DNA of 64,000 bases from Anaerolineae bacterium. GTDB taxonomy: Bacteria; Chloroflexota; Anaerolineae; Epilineales; JAHCIE01. The position numbers were made by a program, and so were the translations under genes. A model generated the notes under the pieces. The model saw nothing but the letters and a program-made list of their open reading frames with translations, made no database searches and was not told the DNA's origin. Below, one piece after another: positions 21,701-29,461 of the stretch (its first letter is position 1; every line of letters starts with the position of its first letter). The DNA is taken from positions 475,666-539,665 of the forward strand of contig JAXLWL010000005.1 of NCBI GenBank assembly GCA_046328505.1. The letters run 5' to 3'.

Positions 21701-24700
21701 CCGACGCCGGCGATGAAGCCGTTGGGCGCGACGGGGTAGCCCGTGAACGAGACGTTGGCCGTCATGTTCATGCTCCAGCCGCTGGTCCGCCCGTAAGCGA
21801 TGCGCGGCGCGTTGCCGCTGCTGTAGGCGAAGTCGGGCAACTGGTCGCCGTTGACGTCGCCGAGCGCCACGACTTGCGAGCCGACGGGCATTCCGGCATC
21901 GCCGGTGAAGCGGCCGTTAGCGCCCTGGACGGGGTTGACGACGGTGGGGTTGCCGACCCCGACATAGGACGGGCCGCCGAAGAACACGTAGACGCTGGCG
22001 CTGTTGGCGCCGCTGAGCGCCTTGTTGGGGTCGCCAATGGCGAAGTCGGCGTACTGGTCGTTGTTGACGTCGCCGAGGCCCGTGGCGACAGCGCCGTTCT
22101 TGTCCATCAGGATGCTCGCCGCGACAATCGGCCGCGACAGCGCCTGCTGGTCGTCCAGTGTGAATTTCTGCTTGACCGAGAGTGGCCCGTTCGATGGGTT
22201 GCCACCCAGGACGAGATAGACCAGGCCCTTGCCGTCGGACCGGTTCGTCGCGCCGATCAGGATGTCGCCGTAGCCGTCGCCGTTGACGTCGCCGGCGGGC
22301 GCGAACCACTTTCCGACGTAGCCGTTGTTGACCGTGAAGATCTTGCCCTTCGACTTGTTGGAGGAGTTGATGAGGCTCGTGGGGTCGAGGGCGCCCATCG
22401 GTCCGACGCGGCTGAAGATCAGGTAGACCTGGTTGTTGAGCGGGTCGCCGATCAGGATGTCGCTCAGGCCGTCGCCGTTGACGTCGCCGGCGGAGGCGAC
22501 ATACGCGCCAAGCTCAGCGCCGGGCTTACCGGTGAATGTGCTCGGCGAGTCCTTCAGGGCGATGCCGTCGGGTGACAGCGGCCAGCCGCCGGGTTGTCCG
22601 TAGAGGATAGACACGCGACCCGCGTTGGCGGCGCCGTTGATCGCCGAGCCGGGCGTACCGACGGCCATGTCGGCGCGGCCGTCGCCGTCGACATCGCCGA
22701 GCCAGGTAACCGTCTTGGTGATGTCCTCGGTCGGCCCGTTCGGCATCAGCCAGACTGTGGCCTGGTCGATAGGATTCAGGGGCGTGCTGGAGACACCGCC
22801 CTCCAGAGCGACCGGGCGGGCAGGCAGCGGGACGTTGCCGGTGTCGTCGGCGTGGCCTTCGAAGGTCACCGTCTTGCCGGCCTGGACCTCGGACGCTGCG
22901 TTGGACCACATGTCGGTCGGCGGCAGGGTGTCGACGATGACCGTGATCTGCTGCGCCGCGCCGACGAGACCGCCGGCGTCGATGGCGCGAACGGCCAGCG
23001 TGTGGCTGCCGTACTTCTGGTCCGCCAGCTTCCACGCGAACGACCAATCGCCCGTCGCGGGGTGGTCCGACGTGTAGGTCTTGACGTTGCGCCAGGGCTG
23101 GTTGTCGATGCTGAGCTGGACAGTCGCCAGGCCGGCGACCTGCGGCGCGTGCGACACCAGGTCGCTGGCCGTCCCGGTAATGGTGACGGTACTGTAGGTG
23201 ATATTCTTCAGCGCCTGCCCGTCGGCCAGGCTGCCGAAGCTGGCGCTGGGCGGGGTGTTGTCGACGATCATGGAGACGCCAGCCGCCGGTGTCTCGACGT
23301 GGTTCACGGCGTCGGTGGCGCGGCTGGCGATGGTGTACACGCCGTCCGCGGGCAGCGGCGTCCACGTATAGTCCCAGATATCGGTGCCGTCCGCTTGCTG
23401 CCAGTGGGAGTCGTAGCTCGCGCCGGTGATGTGTACCTCGACCTTGCTCGGCCAGGAGGTCGGGTCGGTCGCGGTGCCGCCGAGGGTGAAGGCTGTGCCG
23501 TGGACGGCCTGGCTCGGTGTCGGCGCGGTCACCAGCGAGCTTGGCGCGTCGGCGTCGATTAGCACCGTCTGCGTGCTGCTGACCGTCTTCATGGCCTTGA
23601 CGGTGGTGTCGCTGTAGGGAACGCTGGCTTGCAGGACCGTGCGGGCAGACATGCCGACATTCGCCTGGACCTTACCACCGATGGTGGACGTCATCGCTTC
23701 CGTCGCGGCGAGCGGCTTCTGGGTGAGGTTCCAGGAGAAGCCGCCGCTCGTAGCGGTCGGCGTCGGCGGCGTATAGCCCGACGAGCCGGTCTGCTGGCTG
23801 ACGGCCAGGCCGCTGAGCGCGGCGGTGTCGTAGGACAGGGTCATCGGCTGGTTGACCGCCGCCGTCGTGGTATTGTTGAGGTTCAGAACCGTTTGCAGCG
23901 AGTCGCCCGGCTTCAAGAGCGTGTAGGCCGAGCCGTTGTGCGTCGTCGTCGGGGTGACATTCAAGACGAACGACGGCGCGGTGTTGGGCGCGTAGGGGCT
24001 GGTGCCGGCGGCCTTCTCCTGCGAGTCGAGCAGGCCATCGCCGTCGTAGTCGCCCTTGGTGGGATCGGAGCAGACGTGGCTGACTAGCCCACTGGCGAGC
24101 TTGACATCCCACCCGCCGATGATCTTTCCCTGCGTGGCATCGAAGCGGCAAACCTCCTCGCCGTCGGAGAGGCCGTCGTTGTCGGTGTCGGCATTGGTCG
24201 GGTCCGTGCCGTAGATAAGCTCCAGGCGGTCGGACAGGCCGTCGCCGTCGGTGTCCGCCTTCTTCGGATCGAGCGCCACCTTGTCGCGGTTATCGTACTC
24301 GAAGCCGTCGGACAGGCCGTCGTTGTCGGTGTCCCACTTGGTCGAGTCGGTGCCGAGGGACTGCTCGGTCGCGGTGGAGATGCCGTCGCCGTCCTTGTCG
24401 GTGTTCCAGGCCGGGTAGGTGCTGTTGTCGATGAGGTTCTTGACGTCCCACGTCCACAGCGCGTCCAGCGTGGCAGGCACGGCGTCCATCGTGACGGACG
24501 AGCGCGCGTCCTGGTAGTTCTCCGGATCCTGGGTCTTGTCGGGGCCTTTGCTGTAGTTGATGTCGGCGCTGCACGTGAAGCCGACACCGGCATACCAGCA
24601 CTTCTGGTAGCGGAGATTGGCTTCGAGCTGACTCAGGAAGGGGAAGGTCAGGTTAGGCCCCGACTGGGTCATGTTGAACGTCATCGACGTCGTGTTGTAG

Positions 24701-27700
24701 CAGCGCTTGTATTTCTGGGCGTCGACCAGGCTGTCGCTATCGCAGAAGCCCTGGGGATTGGACCCGTTGCCTGACGTCACCGCCGAGTTCTTGACGCTAA
24801 AGTTGCTGGTCCAGGCCGGCGGGTTGCCGTTGAAGGAGTCGGGGTCCTGGAACATCTCGGCAAAGGCCCAGCTCTGCTTCACATCGTCCAGGTTGCCCTG
24901 GCGCATGTGCCAGTAGTCCTTCTTGATGTCGATGTTCGTATTCGCGGTCAGTGTCGTGACCATCGTCATCGTAATCTCGTAGGTCGTGAGATTGTCGGCG
25001 ATGGACCCGAACGCCGTCTGATTGGCCGGGTTCGCGTGAACCGTCAGGCTCGGCTGGGACGGTATAGCCCCGACGTCAGGGTCGTTGACCAGCATGTCTA
25101 TCTTGAGAATGGCCTCGCTCAGCCACTCTATCAAGTGCTGGAAGGTATGCATCGGGTTCCAGTCGCCGCTTATGGCGGCGACCACTATATACGTGATTAT
25201 TAAGATGATTAGCTCGATCAAGAAGCCAACACCCGTGCTGGCGGTCAGCGCGATGATGGTGTCGACGACGAACATGAACACGGTGAGGACGGTGCTGGCG
25301 ATGGTCTGCGCCAACAGCGTATCCTGCTGGATGCTGTTGATGTCGCCGCCGTTGTTCTTGTGCCAGACGAGCCACGTCGCCACGACGGCAATCGCCGTGA
25401 CGATCCCGCCGATCACAACCATCTTGATCTTGGCGCGCTTGGCGCCACTGGCGACCGCTCGAGGATGGTCGAACAGATCGTGGGTTGGATTCGGAGACAG
25501 TTTGAGCTCGCGCCGCACGATAAACTGCAACTCCGCATTCCGCGAGCGGAATGAGAAGGCATAGAACGGAGCGACAAGCGCCGCCATAATTCTATAGCTC
25601 AGCCTGGTATCCATGCGGACCATGCGGGTTGCCCAGAAATTCGCGTACCTCATCATAGTGACCGCGTACTTCACGTAGCGGACCATGGGCACGACGAGGA
25701 GCTTCACAAAAGCCTGGATGTTCAGCGTTCGGCTCAGCCGTGTGGCCCAGCTATCCAGCGCCTGCGACGTGCCCTTGTTCTTGATGTCGAGGACCAGGGC
25801 ATCCAACTGGTAGGCCGTGCGCATGTATGCGGGCAGATTGTGCGTCCCCACGGCGAAGAACTGGTTCAGGTCGGACGGATTGGCGGTTTGGCCGACGTCA
25901 GGCGTCGGCTGGCCGTCGATGCTCATGACCCGGCTGCGGCCCTCGTAGTAGGAGCCGAAGAGCATCATCATCATCGTCCCGTAGTCGGCCTGCGTCTCGT
26001 TCGGGTACCGCCGCTGTATCTCGGCCTGTCCCTCTTGGGATGTGAGCGCCTGCCAGGTCGGATTACTCGTCGTCGGGTCGACGCGGCAGCCGTACTGGGT
26101 GAGCTGGACGCTGCGCACGACGTTCAGCGAGGACTGGGCTAACTGGAAGTTGAAAACGATAGGATTGCCGTTCTGCATGTTCGGCTCGCCGTTCGTGACA
26201 GTGACCAGGCCTGTCTGGGTCGGGTCGAGGCCGCTGTTTGTCTCCTCGTAGGCCGTCACGAGCGTCGGCGTCATCGCGTTTGTCGCGCCTGCCTTGCACT
26301 CGATGTAGTGCTGGTTCAGGAACTGCACGGTCGTCGTCATCGAGGTCGTCGACAACGCCTGGTCCGTGTGAGAGTAGTAGCCCAGGTTGGTGATCGTGAC
26401 CTTGGGGTCCACGTACCACGTATCGGTGATGGTCTGCCCTTGCGCGGGGTGCGCGAACTTGTCGACGATCTGGGGCAGCGTCGGGTTGAGATCGCCCAGG
26501 AAGGTCGGCGCCAGCCCAGACAGCAGGTTGAACATCACCTTGCCTTCATCGTCGACATTCGGGTTCGTGGTCGTCTCCGGCGCCGTTGTGCCGAAGAGCG
26601 CCACCTGGACGTTCTTGCTCTCCGACAGCTCCAGGCCTGTGACGCGGAACAATGGCTCATAGTACGCCGAGATGACCGACGGCTGGGTGTCGATCTCACA
26701 GTTACTGGCGTCCGCCGGCTTGCTGGAGTCCTTGCAGTTGGTATAGCTGTCGATCTGCGCCTGTGTCAGCCATAGCAGCCGTCCCTCACTTAACTTGAGC
26801 GACGTGCCGACTTCCTTGGCGGTGAACGCGATGTGGCCGGAGAAGGCGGAGACCTGGCCGCCGGTGCCTACCGTCTGGAGCGGTACCGTGAGCTGGTAAT
26901 AGGTCTTGTCGTCGCTCTGGGTGCTGGCGATGCTGTATTCCTCGGCCAGCGAGGGATTGACCGGGCTGTTGATTTGCAGCACGGGCAAGAGCTCTACGTC
27001 CTGGGTAGAGTGGTTCAGGTCCTGAATCTGGCCGGCGCTGTCGTCAGGCCAATCGAGCCACGTCGTGCTGTAGCGCAGATGATTCATGGCCTGCGGCTGG
27101 AGCTGGACGTCGACGTAGACCACGGTGTCGGGGTGGCTGCCGGCGATGTCGATTTCCATCTTGGGCCGGTAGGCCAGGTTGTTGTTATCAGTCGGCGAGA
27201 GGTCGTCCGCGTTGAGCACGCCGTCGTTGTCGATGTCGTCGTCCCAGGCGTCGGGGATGCCGTCGCCGTCGATGTCACTGCAGGTGAACTTCCCCGTCGT
27301 GCTGTCAACATAACAGACCGACCCGTCATCGATACCGTCGAGATTGGTGTCCGCGGCCAGGGGGTCGAGGAGCCAGGTCTTGCCGTGGCTGTCGGTATAG
27401 CCCTTGACCTCGAGGGTGTCGGTGATGGTGTCGTCGTCTGAATCGACATTCTTGAAGTCGGTACCCAGGCACCACTCTTCGCTGTTCTTCAAGCCGTCGT
27501 TGTCGTCGTCGCCGTTGGGGTCTACGCCTTCGCTTGAATAGAGTGTGCGGCAGTCATTCAAGCCTGTGCCCGACGAGCCGAGGGGAGTCGTCTGGGGGAC
27601 GGCGTTCTTCGGGCTTTCAGGCAGCGTCTGTGCCAGGCGAGCCAGGAGGTTTTGCGCCGCCGCCTCATCACTCGGCGCTCCGGTCAGTGTCGAGATGGCC

Positions 27701-27861
27701 TTGTCCAGCGGTGGCGAGGCGCTCTGGCTGGCGACGCGGTTGTTGAACCGCACCGTCAATGCCGCGCTCGCCAGCGGCGCGCCCACCATGGACAGGATCG
27801 TCGCGACCGCAATCGCGGTGTACAGGGGGCGGCTGCTGCGGCTGCGTACTAGCAGAGCCAC
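15277..27861 (-). CDS. Giant polytopic cell-envelope protein, copy 2, main part (4194 aa ORF starting at an internal GTG). The true gene most likely continues upstream to 28796 across a frameshift.
   Basis: Same domain order as copy 1 (TSP3-like DTDKDGDGIS / DTDNDGLSDGFE, TM cluster ...ISGDWNPMHTF at about nt 25150-25640, FG-GAP, beta-helix, conserved C-terminus). The reading frame stays open upstream of the called GTG for about 165 nt and encodes RAAAGRAQLAKRAPLALYALAVIALATFVALLV. This is homologous to the first TM helix of the copy-1 hairpin. Confidence 0.9.
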   Translation of the reverse strand: MALLVRSRSSRPLYTAIAVATILSMVGAPLASAALTVRFNNRVASQSASPPLDKAISTLTGAPSDEAAAQNLLARLAQTLPESPKNAVPQTTPLGSSGTGLNDCRTLYSSEGVDPNGDDDNDGLKNSEEWCLGTDFKNVDSDDDTITDTLEVKGYTDSHGKTWLLDPLAADTNLDGIDDGSVCYVDSTTGKFTCSDIDGDGIPDAWDDDIDNDGVLNADDLSPTDNNNLAYRPKMEIDIAGSHPDTVVYVDVQLQPQAMNHLRYSTTWLDWPDDSAGQIQDLNHSTQDVELLPVLQINSPVNPSLAEEYSIASTQSDDKTYYQLTVPLQTVGTGGQVSAFSGHIAFTAKEVGTSLKLSEGRLLWLTQAQIDSYTNCKDSSKPADASNCEIDTQPSVISAYYEPLFRVTGLELSESKNVQVALFGTTAPETTTNPNVDDEGKVMFNLLSGLAPTFLGDLNPTLPQIVDKFAHPAQGQTITDTWYVDPKVTITNLGYYSHTDQALSTTSMTTTVQFLNQHYIECKAGATNAMTPTLVTAYEETNSGLDPTQTGLVTVTNGEPNMQNGNPIVFNFQLAQSSLNVVRSVQLTQYGCRVDPTTSNPTWQALTSQEGQAEIQRRYPNETQADYGTMMMMLFGSYYEGRSRVMSIDGQPTPDVGQTANPSDLNQFFAVGTHNLPAYMRTAYQLDALVLDIKNKGTSQALDSWATRLSRTLNIQAFVKLLVVPMVRYVKYAVTMMRYANFWATRMVRMDTRLSYRIMAALVAPFYAFSFRSRNAELQFIVRRELKLSPNPTHDLFDHPRAVASGAKRAKIKMVVIGGIVTAIAVVATWLVWHKNNGGDINSIQQDTLLAQTIASTVLTVFMFVVDTIIALTASTGVGFLIELIILIITYIVVAAISGDWNPMHTFQHLIEWLSEAILKIDMLVNDPDVGAIPSQPSLTVHANPANQTAFGSIADNLTTYEITMTMVTTLTANTNIDIKKDYWHMRQGNLDDVKQSWAFAEMFQDPDSFNGNPPAWTSNFSVKNSAVTSGNGSNPQGFCDSDSLVDAQKYKRCYNTTSMTFNMTQSGPNLTFPFLSQLEANLRYQKCWYAGVGFTCSADINYSKGPDKTQDPENYQDARSSVTMDAVPATLDALWTWDVKNLIDNSTYPAWNTDKDGDGISTATEQSLGTDSTKWDTDNDGLSDGFEYDNRDKVALDPKKADTDGDGLSDRLELIYGTDPTNADTDNDGLSDGEEVCRFDATQGKIIGGWDVKLASGLVSHVCSDPTKGDYDGDGLLDSQEKAAGTSPYAPNTAPSFVLNVTPTTTHNGSAYTLLKPGDSLQTVLNLNNTTTAAVNQPMTLSYDTAALSGLAVSQQTGSSGYTPPTPTATSGGFSWNLTQKPLAATEAMTSTIGGKVQANVGMSARTVLQASVPYSDTTVKAMKTVSSTQTVLIDADAPSSLVTAPTPSQAVHGTAFTLGGTATDPTSWPSKVEVHITGASYDSHWQQADGTDIWDYTWTPLPADGVYTIASRATDAVNHVETPAAGVSMIVDNTPPSASFGSLADGQALKNITYSTVTITGTASDLVSHAPQVAGLATVQLSIDNQPWRNVKTYTSDHPATGDWSFAWKLADQKYGSHTLAVRAIDAGGLVGAAQQITVIVDTLPPTDMWSNAASEVQAGKTVTFEGHADDTGNVPLPARPVALEGGVSSTPLNPIDQATVWLMPNGPTEDITKTVTWLGDVDGDGRADMAVGTPGSAINGAANAGRVSILYGQPGGWPLSPDGIALKDSPSTFTGKPGAELGAYVASAGDVNGDGLSDILIGDPLNNQVYLIFSRVGPMGALDPTSLINSSNKSKGKIFTVNNGYVGKWFAPAGDVNGDGYGDILIGATNRSDGKGLVYLVLGGNPSNGPLSVKQKFTLDDQQALSRPIVAASILMDKNGAVATGLGDVNNDQYADFAIGDPNKALSGANSASVYVFFGGPSYVGVGNPTVVNPVQGANGRFTGDAGMPVGSQVVALGDVNGDQLPDFAYSSGNAPRIAYGRTSGWSMNMTANVSFTGYPVAPNGFIAGVGDVNSDGKSDIMLGTVSGRAYLVRGAADLATNHPIQAQFSDVGAAASAPYAAAADVNCDKSSDLLLVPFGTQMTASAKETAEYKRAVRRELDLGPSTAPRPLNELPVFMQNGDGLAAPSAFASVIDAEALSSKAMAEPGQVMTAAQTRYVDDDYCASCANDGHAWGTTAFSTIQAALDAATGGTSASAPGDTIIVGPGTYDKAVFHAGKNFITLHGVDPDAVFIDAGGGTGIQVLPASEYSPTAGGLKGVVIENLTIRNAVTSIEVNYGGTAGSTDLADQNNIRVRNVLFYQDKASSKAVAVNTSGVELRHNTLVANSSGIVLIQNTGAITNALYLRDNLFVALPNAAPLPQWLQNNNSISLSLLNTNNGFAGQTGTNADWNSAKPPTGTSMTQMALTQAAFRDQPKQVFRLLSTSLARGKAADQTDLGYYTYHAPVYVNPTYCEKCSNNGHTWGVDAFNDIQAGINSGAQRVLIEPGLFRQRIYLVNGVDLFGTGAALTVIAPPNATSSFLIGAEGVKDAGVALLTITGEDHDDGLHVDAGGFISVTRSVIRNTPYAVKVTGSGTGATSAEALLVNNTLTNNTNGVAAASCGNVDVRNTIFAYHTGTALSYYQNCATTYLHTYNDFWRNGHDLSINGNNVDQPGPGEVFADPRFIDPDAQDFRPQDGSPVVRAGDPRDPTPPGTGGRVDIGYAQSSSAAVYVSPDYCAQCINDGLQWQVNAFNTIKDGISHVPPIAGEWTVGVAPGYYTERVAPKSGVRLVGSGAEQTIIDADGTGAPVTLNGVTHVEVTGFGLQNSDASNAGIVVSGASNTITVTHNIMQLNAGGGAIFRNASSGVFGFNTVANNTGDGLTLADSHTWVNARFNIFAYNGGKGANNNSVGLFQDGYNLFYQNSGGNTSGTVTLDPTDIANQDPQFFDPNPWDPADYTLQATSPAVNAVPATDWQPVPLGGGDRADLGYKELLATPVTLMFGKQGTTCGAGNAGVSSVEVGVSYVPDASVSPENTLPTTWTAATLTTRGQAGSYWTLPINLATGGGIYQSDGLYRLYTRPTDMAGNTLDVTDSRVYRASFIADKTAPTVSIITPTNGLATSAAAVAMETDVSDYVATGAGTQYNVARVYFEVDGTQIAARQLTAGAATGNQRYRAVTALRDGSHSITAKAVDKAGNVGQSATSQITVSTTRNEADLTTPAPSSAVISTTLPLQGYVHFKDTSGNGQVKVKVDNSTTPVIATLDDSTAQATRWTANVTLSAEGAHTLAIGASRTTGASTPYTTTFSLTKDSTAPAVTVQAPSSTVINSVTFQGTASDGGSGLNAVEVSVDGGYTWSPATVNGTAWTYAWAAPSQTDYATFPLRVRGIDKAGNIGTQSATFVVDNLGPTPFRLTTASPIEGSHLTAPASVTLAWQPLDDGSGTVRTFASADTISNTVPSTTGTPLSGTSYTAQLSQAGNFYIHLAAQDAAGNLTVRHFGPWFVGARLASAPGPQWQSSIQVDGRLDVAGGEWDPATEQLDRDPRISPAHEMWASFDGSAMYLGSRGANWPSVGRGYIYLDTVAGGTRSPWVPEGETPLPPSYQLPFDADTLVVLDTAGSRVLRFDGSSWQPLQAPEVSIALGATGDSEIRLPWSTLQTSVGAGDVRALAFSLGRDETLPRTVFPTSNSLLGAWSDAYHWAGISPSTVPNADQPHGHHVEMTVSSQPPTSAPVGPGQSIQYVVRVTNRDLEPRPNAHLVLATTDGLQLVGLQGYPTPPGGQRWNIDLGSLASGALAPITVTARLGNDLAATTAVTMTALLETGLLASEPTLTAARVAHTVDAQRAQVQIDLAAQGATLPAGRQIIRGTATAGPSGVGKVEVRLGDGAWQTAQGANAWQAEVDIPLTGTLVVAARASDAAGLVGDATTRTITVDNVPPIASVSPPDSSIVYGVAGSLRGTARDLFPSGGSISRVETQVDGNPWRMAEIVGQPAADGTVTWQQTWTIPKEEGVSHDVRVRAVDAAGNVGQPSEPIKVTVDNVRPQSSIVSPQPGATLPLPDQNVLPGEMLAWGYALDGWGVTAVEVSVDGGQAWHRAEIGQAAAELLGHYGKAAQAGTAAQLWAIVLPTPVGDVMVNSRAIDRAGNVEGMKAPVRVTQTHEPPMRLWLPLIIFEQ

Positions 27862-28796
27862 AAAAGTGGCCAGCGCGATGACGGCGAGCGCATAGAGCGC
27901 CAGGGGGGCACGCTTGGCAAGCTGCGCGCGGCCAGCGGCGGCGCGGGGGCGGTGGACGGAGCGGACGGCAGGGCCAGCGCGCCGTTGGCGCCGGCGACCG
28001 GCGCCAGGATCGGCGGGACATGCTCGTCATAGCGCGAGAAATCCACTACCAGGTGGACCTGGGCGTCCTCGGTCGCGCTGGTCTGGGGTAGGGACAGGTC
28101 GAGGATCTCGCGGCGTGGGCGGCCATCGCTATCTACCCACAGCTCGCCCCGGCCGCTCATTCGGTCATAGAGCGGCGAGCGGGTCAGTTTGACCCCGTCA
28201 GGGATCTGGCCTGCCAGAAGCGTCTCCATGCGCTCGAGCTGATAGTCGGCGTAGCGCGGCCCATCGACCCGGAAGGTGTAGCGTGCCATGCTCCCCGCCG
28301 AGGTCTTGACCGAGTCGGCCTGGGCTACATCGGCCACCGCGGCCAGGTAGCCCAGGTAGTCGCCCTGGGGAGCCGTCGCGCCCAGCGGATCATCCACCTT
28401 CTGCCACTTGCCGCCGTAGCCGACGTAGGCGCTTCCGCCTACGAGCAGCAGCTGCACAGCCGCGCTTTTCTTGTCTGTGCCCAGGGTCAATCGGGCGTCG
28501 GCAGGCACATCTGCGGCGCCTCCCTCCGGCCGGGCTACGTCGCCGTCCACGCGCAGCATCGTCTTCTCATCCGTCCGCCCGGCGTTGGCCGGCACGGCGC
28601 GCGGAATGATGGTTTGCTGGGCGTCTGCCGTCACATGGTAGCTGGCAGCGGCGCGCGCTTGACGCAGGGCATCCGTGATGGCGTCGCCAGGAGTGGCGGA
28701 CGCGGCGCGGGTCAGAGTGTAGCCGGCCGCGAGGACGACCAGCAGTGTGGGCAAAAGGGCACAAATCAATAGCCTTAAGCGTTTCTGAGCGGACAT
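27849..28796 (-). CDS. N-terminal fragment of giant protein copy 2 (signal anchor plus conserved about 250-aa N-module), separated from 15277..27861 by a frameshift
   Basis: 315-aa ORF. MSAQKRLRLLICALLPTLLVVLAAG is a signal anchor. It is homologous along its length to residues 1-300 of copy 1 (QQT[IL]IPRAVP, GELW[VI]D[GS]DG[LR]PRR conserved). The last about 30 aa are out-of-frame nonsense. It overlaps the giant ORF by 13 nt in a different frame. Confidence 0.65.
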   Translation of the reverse strand: MSAQKRLRLLICALLPTLLVVLAAGYTLTRAASATPGDAITDALRQARAAASYHVTADAQQTIIPRAVPANAGRTDEKTMLRVDGDVARPEGGAADVPADARLTLGTDKKSAAVQLLLVGGSAYVGYGGKWQKVDDPLGATAPQGDYLGYLAAVADVAQADSVKTSAGSMARYTFRVDGPRYADYQLERMETLLAGQIPDGVKLTRSPLYDRMSGRGELWVDSDGRPRREILDLSLPQTSATEDAQVHLVVDFSRYDEHVPPILAPVAGANGALALPSAPSTAPAPPLAARSLPSVPPWRSMRSPSSRWPLLWLC

Positions 28797-28998
28797 GGTA
28801 GAACCTTCCTGGATGGGCAGCGCAGGCGGGGTCGAGCGCGTGGGGTGATCGACGCGGAGGAATTCGTTGGCAGCTTTCGGACGTGAGCGAACCAGATCAT
28901 GCAGTTTGGTCTTGTATCGTGCACACAGTTAGGCCGAGCTTCGGATATGGCAGGCAGCGTGCAGGGCATTTGGACAGAAAATGAAGCTCCCCAAACGC

Positions 28999-29007
28999 AA
29001 TATAGCA
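28999..29007 (-). promoter_or_regulatory. Extended -10 element TGc-TATATT about 195 nt upstream of giant gene copy 2 start (promoter candidate)
   Basis: Minus-strand read is ...TTCGTTTGCTATATTGCG... Other promoters in this window use the TGn-TAnnnT form. Confidence 0.25.
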
Positions 29008-29046
29008 AACGAACGTAGCGAAATCGCATCCGGCGGTGGACAGGCA

Positions 29047-29292
29047 TTACGGCGGCCGGACGGCACGACCGCCGGGTGGATCAATGGGCGGCAGAATGTC
29101 GAGTGGCTCGAGGAAGAAGGAACCCTCGGTCTCCGCTCGCAGAAAAGCCAGCAGCGCGTCCAGGCTGGCAAACATCCGGCGCTCGCCTGTATGCGGGCTT
29201 TCCAATGACACTCGCCAGGCAGGCCCATTCTCACTCCCTACCTGCCACAGGCGTAGCATATAGGCCAGGTAACGCGGGGGCTCGGTGATCAT
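29047..29292 (-). CDS. Small hypothetical protein (81 aa) with an N-terminal YxxRLW..WR.SLE..TGER..F.SL..L..FL pattern
   Basis: ORF MITEPPRYLAYMLRLWQVGSENGPAWRVSLESPHTGERRMFASLDALLAFLRAETEG. The 5' end overlaps the upstream leader of the SARP regulator on the opposite strand. No strong RBS was seen. Confidence 0.3.
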   Translation of the reverse strand: MITEPPRYLAYMLRLWQVGSENGPAWRVSLESPHTGERRMFASLDALLAFLRAETEGSFFLEPLDILPPIDPPGGRAVRPP

Positions 29293-29401
29293 CGCTCTCC
29301 TTCCGCGACGCAGTCGCTGGTCTCAGCATATCAGAGGTGCGTATCGAGATCGCAGCGGGAACGTAGCGCCCGGCTGGTTCGGTGGTCTTTTGTCGAGCGC
29401 C

Positions 29402-29429
29402 TGTGAACGGGCTGACCTATGCTATAATG
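29402..29429 (+). promoter_or_regulatory. Sigma-70-like promoter candidate: TGTGAA, 16-bp spacer, TATAAT, upstream of the SARP regulator
   Basis: A perfect TATAAT is at 29424..29429 with a weak -35 (TGTGAA). An ATG at 29462 follows, with a G-rich RBS (GGGGGGA). Confidence 0.35.
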
Positions 29430-29461
29430 GAAGAAGGCAGCTGTTGATCGGGGGGAAACCA

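Noticed and set aside
2802-28796. Repetitive DTDGDG / GDVNGDG nucleotide repeats as a possible CRISPR or tandem-repeat array
   Set aside because: They are in-frame coding repeats (TSP3-like and FG-GAP motifs) of irregular spacing and sequence. There are no direct repeats separated by unique spacers and no cas genes.
28775-29234. Short overlapping ORFs (28775..29047, 28929..29234, 28981..29208)
   Set aside because: They have no RBS, no recognisable motifs, and overlap each other in the promoter region of the giant gene.
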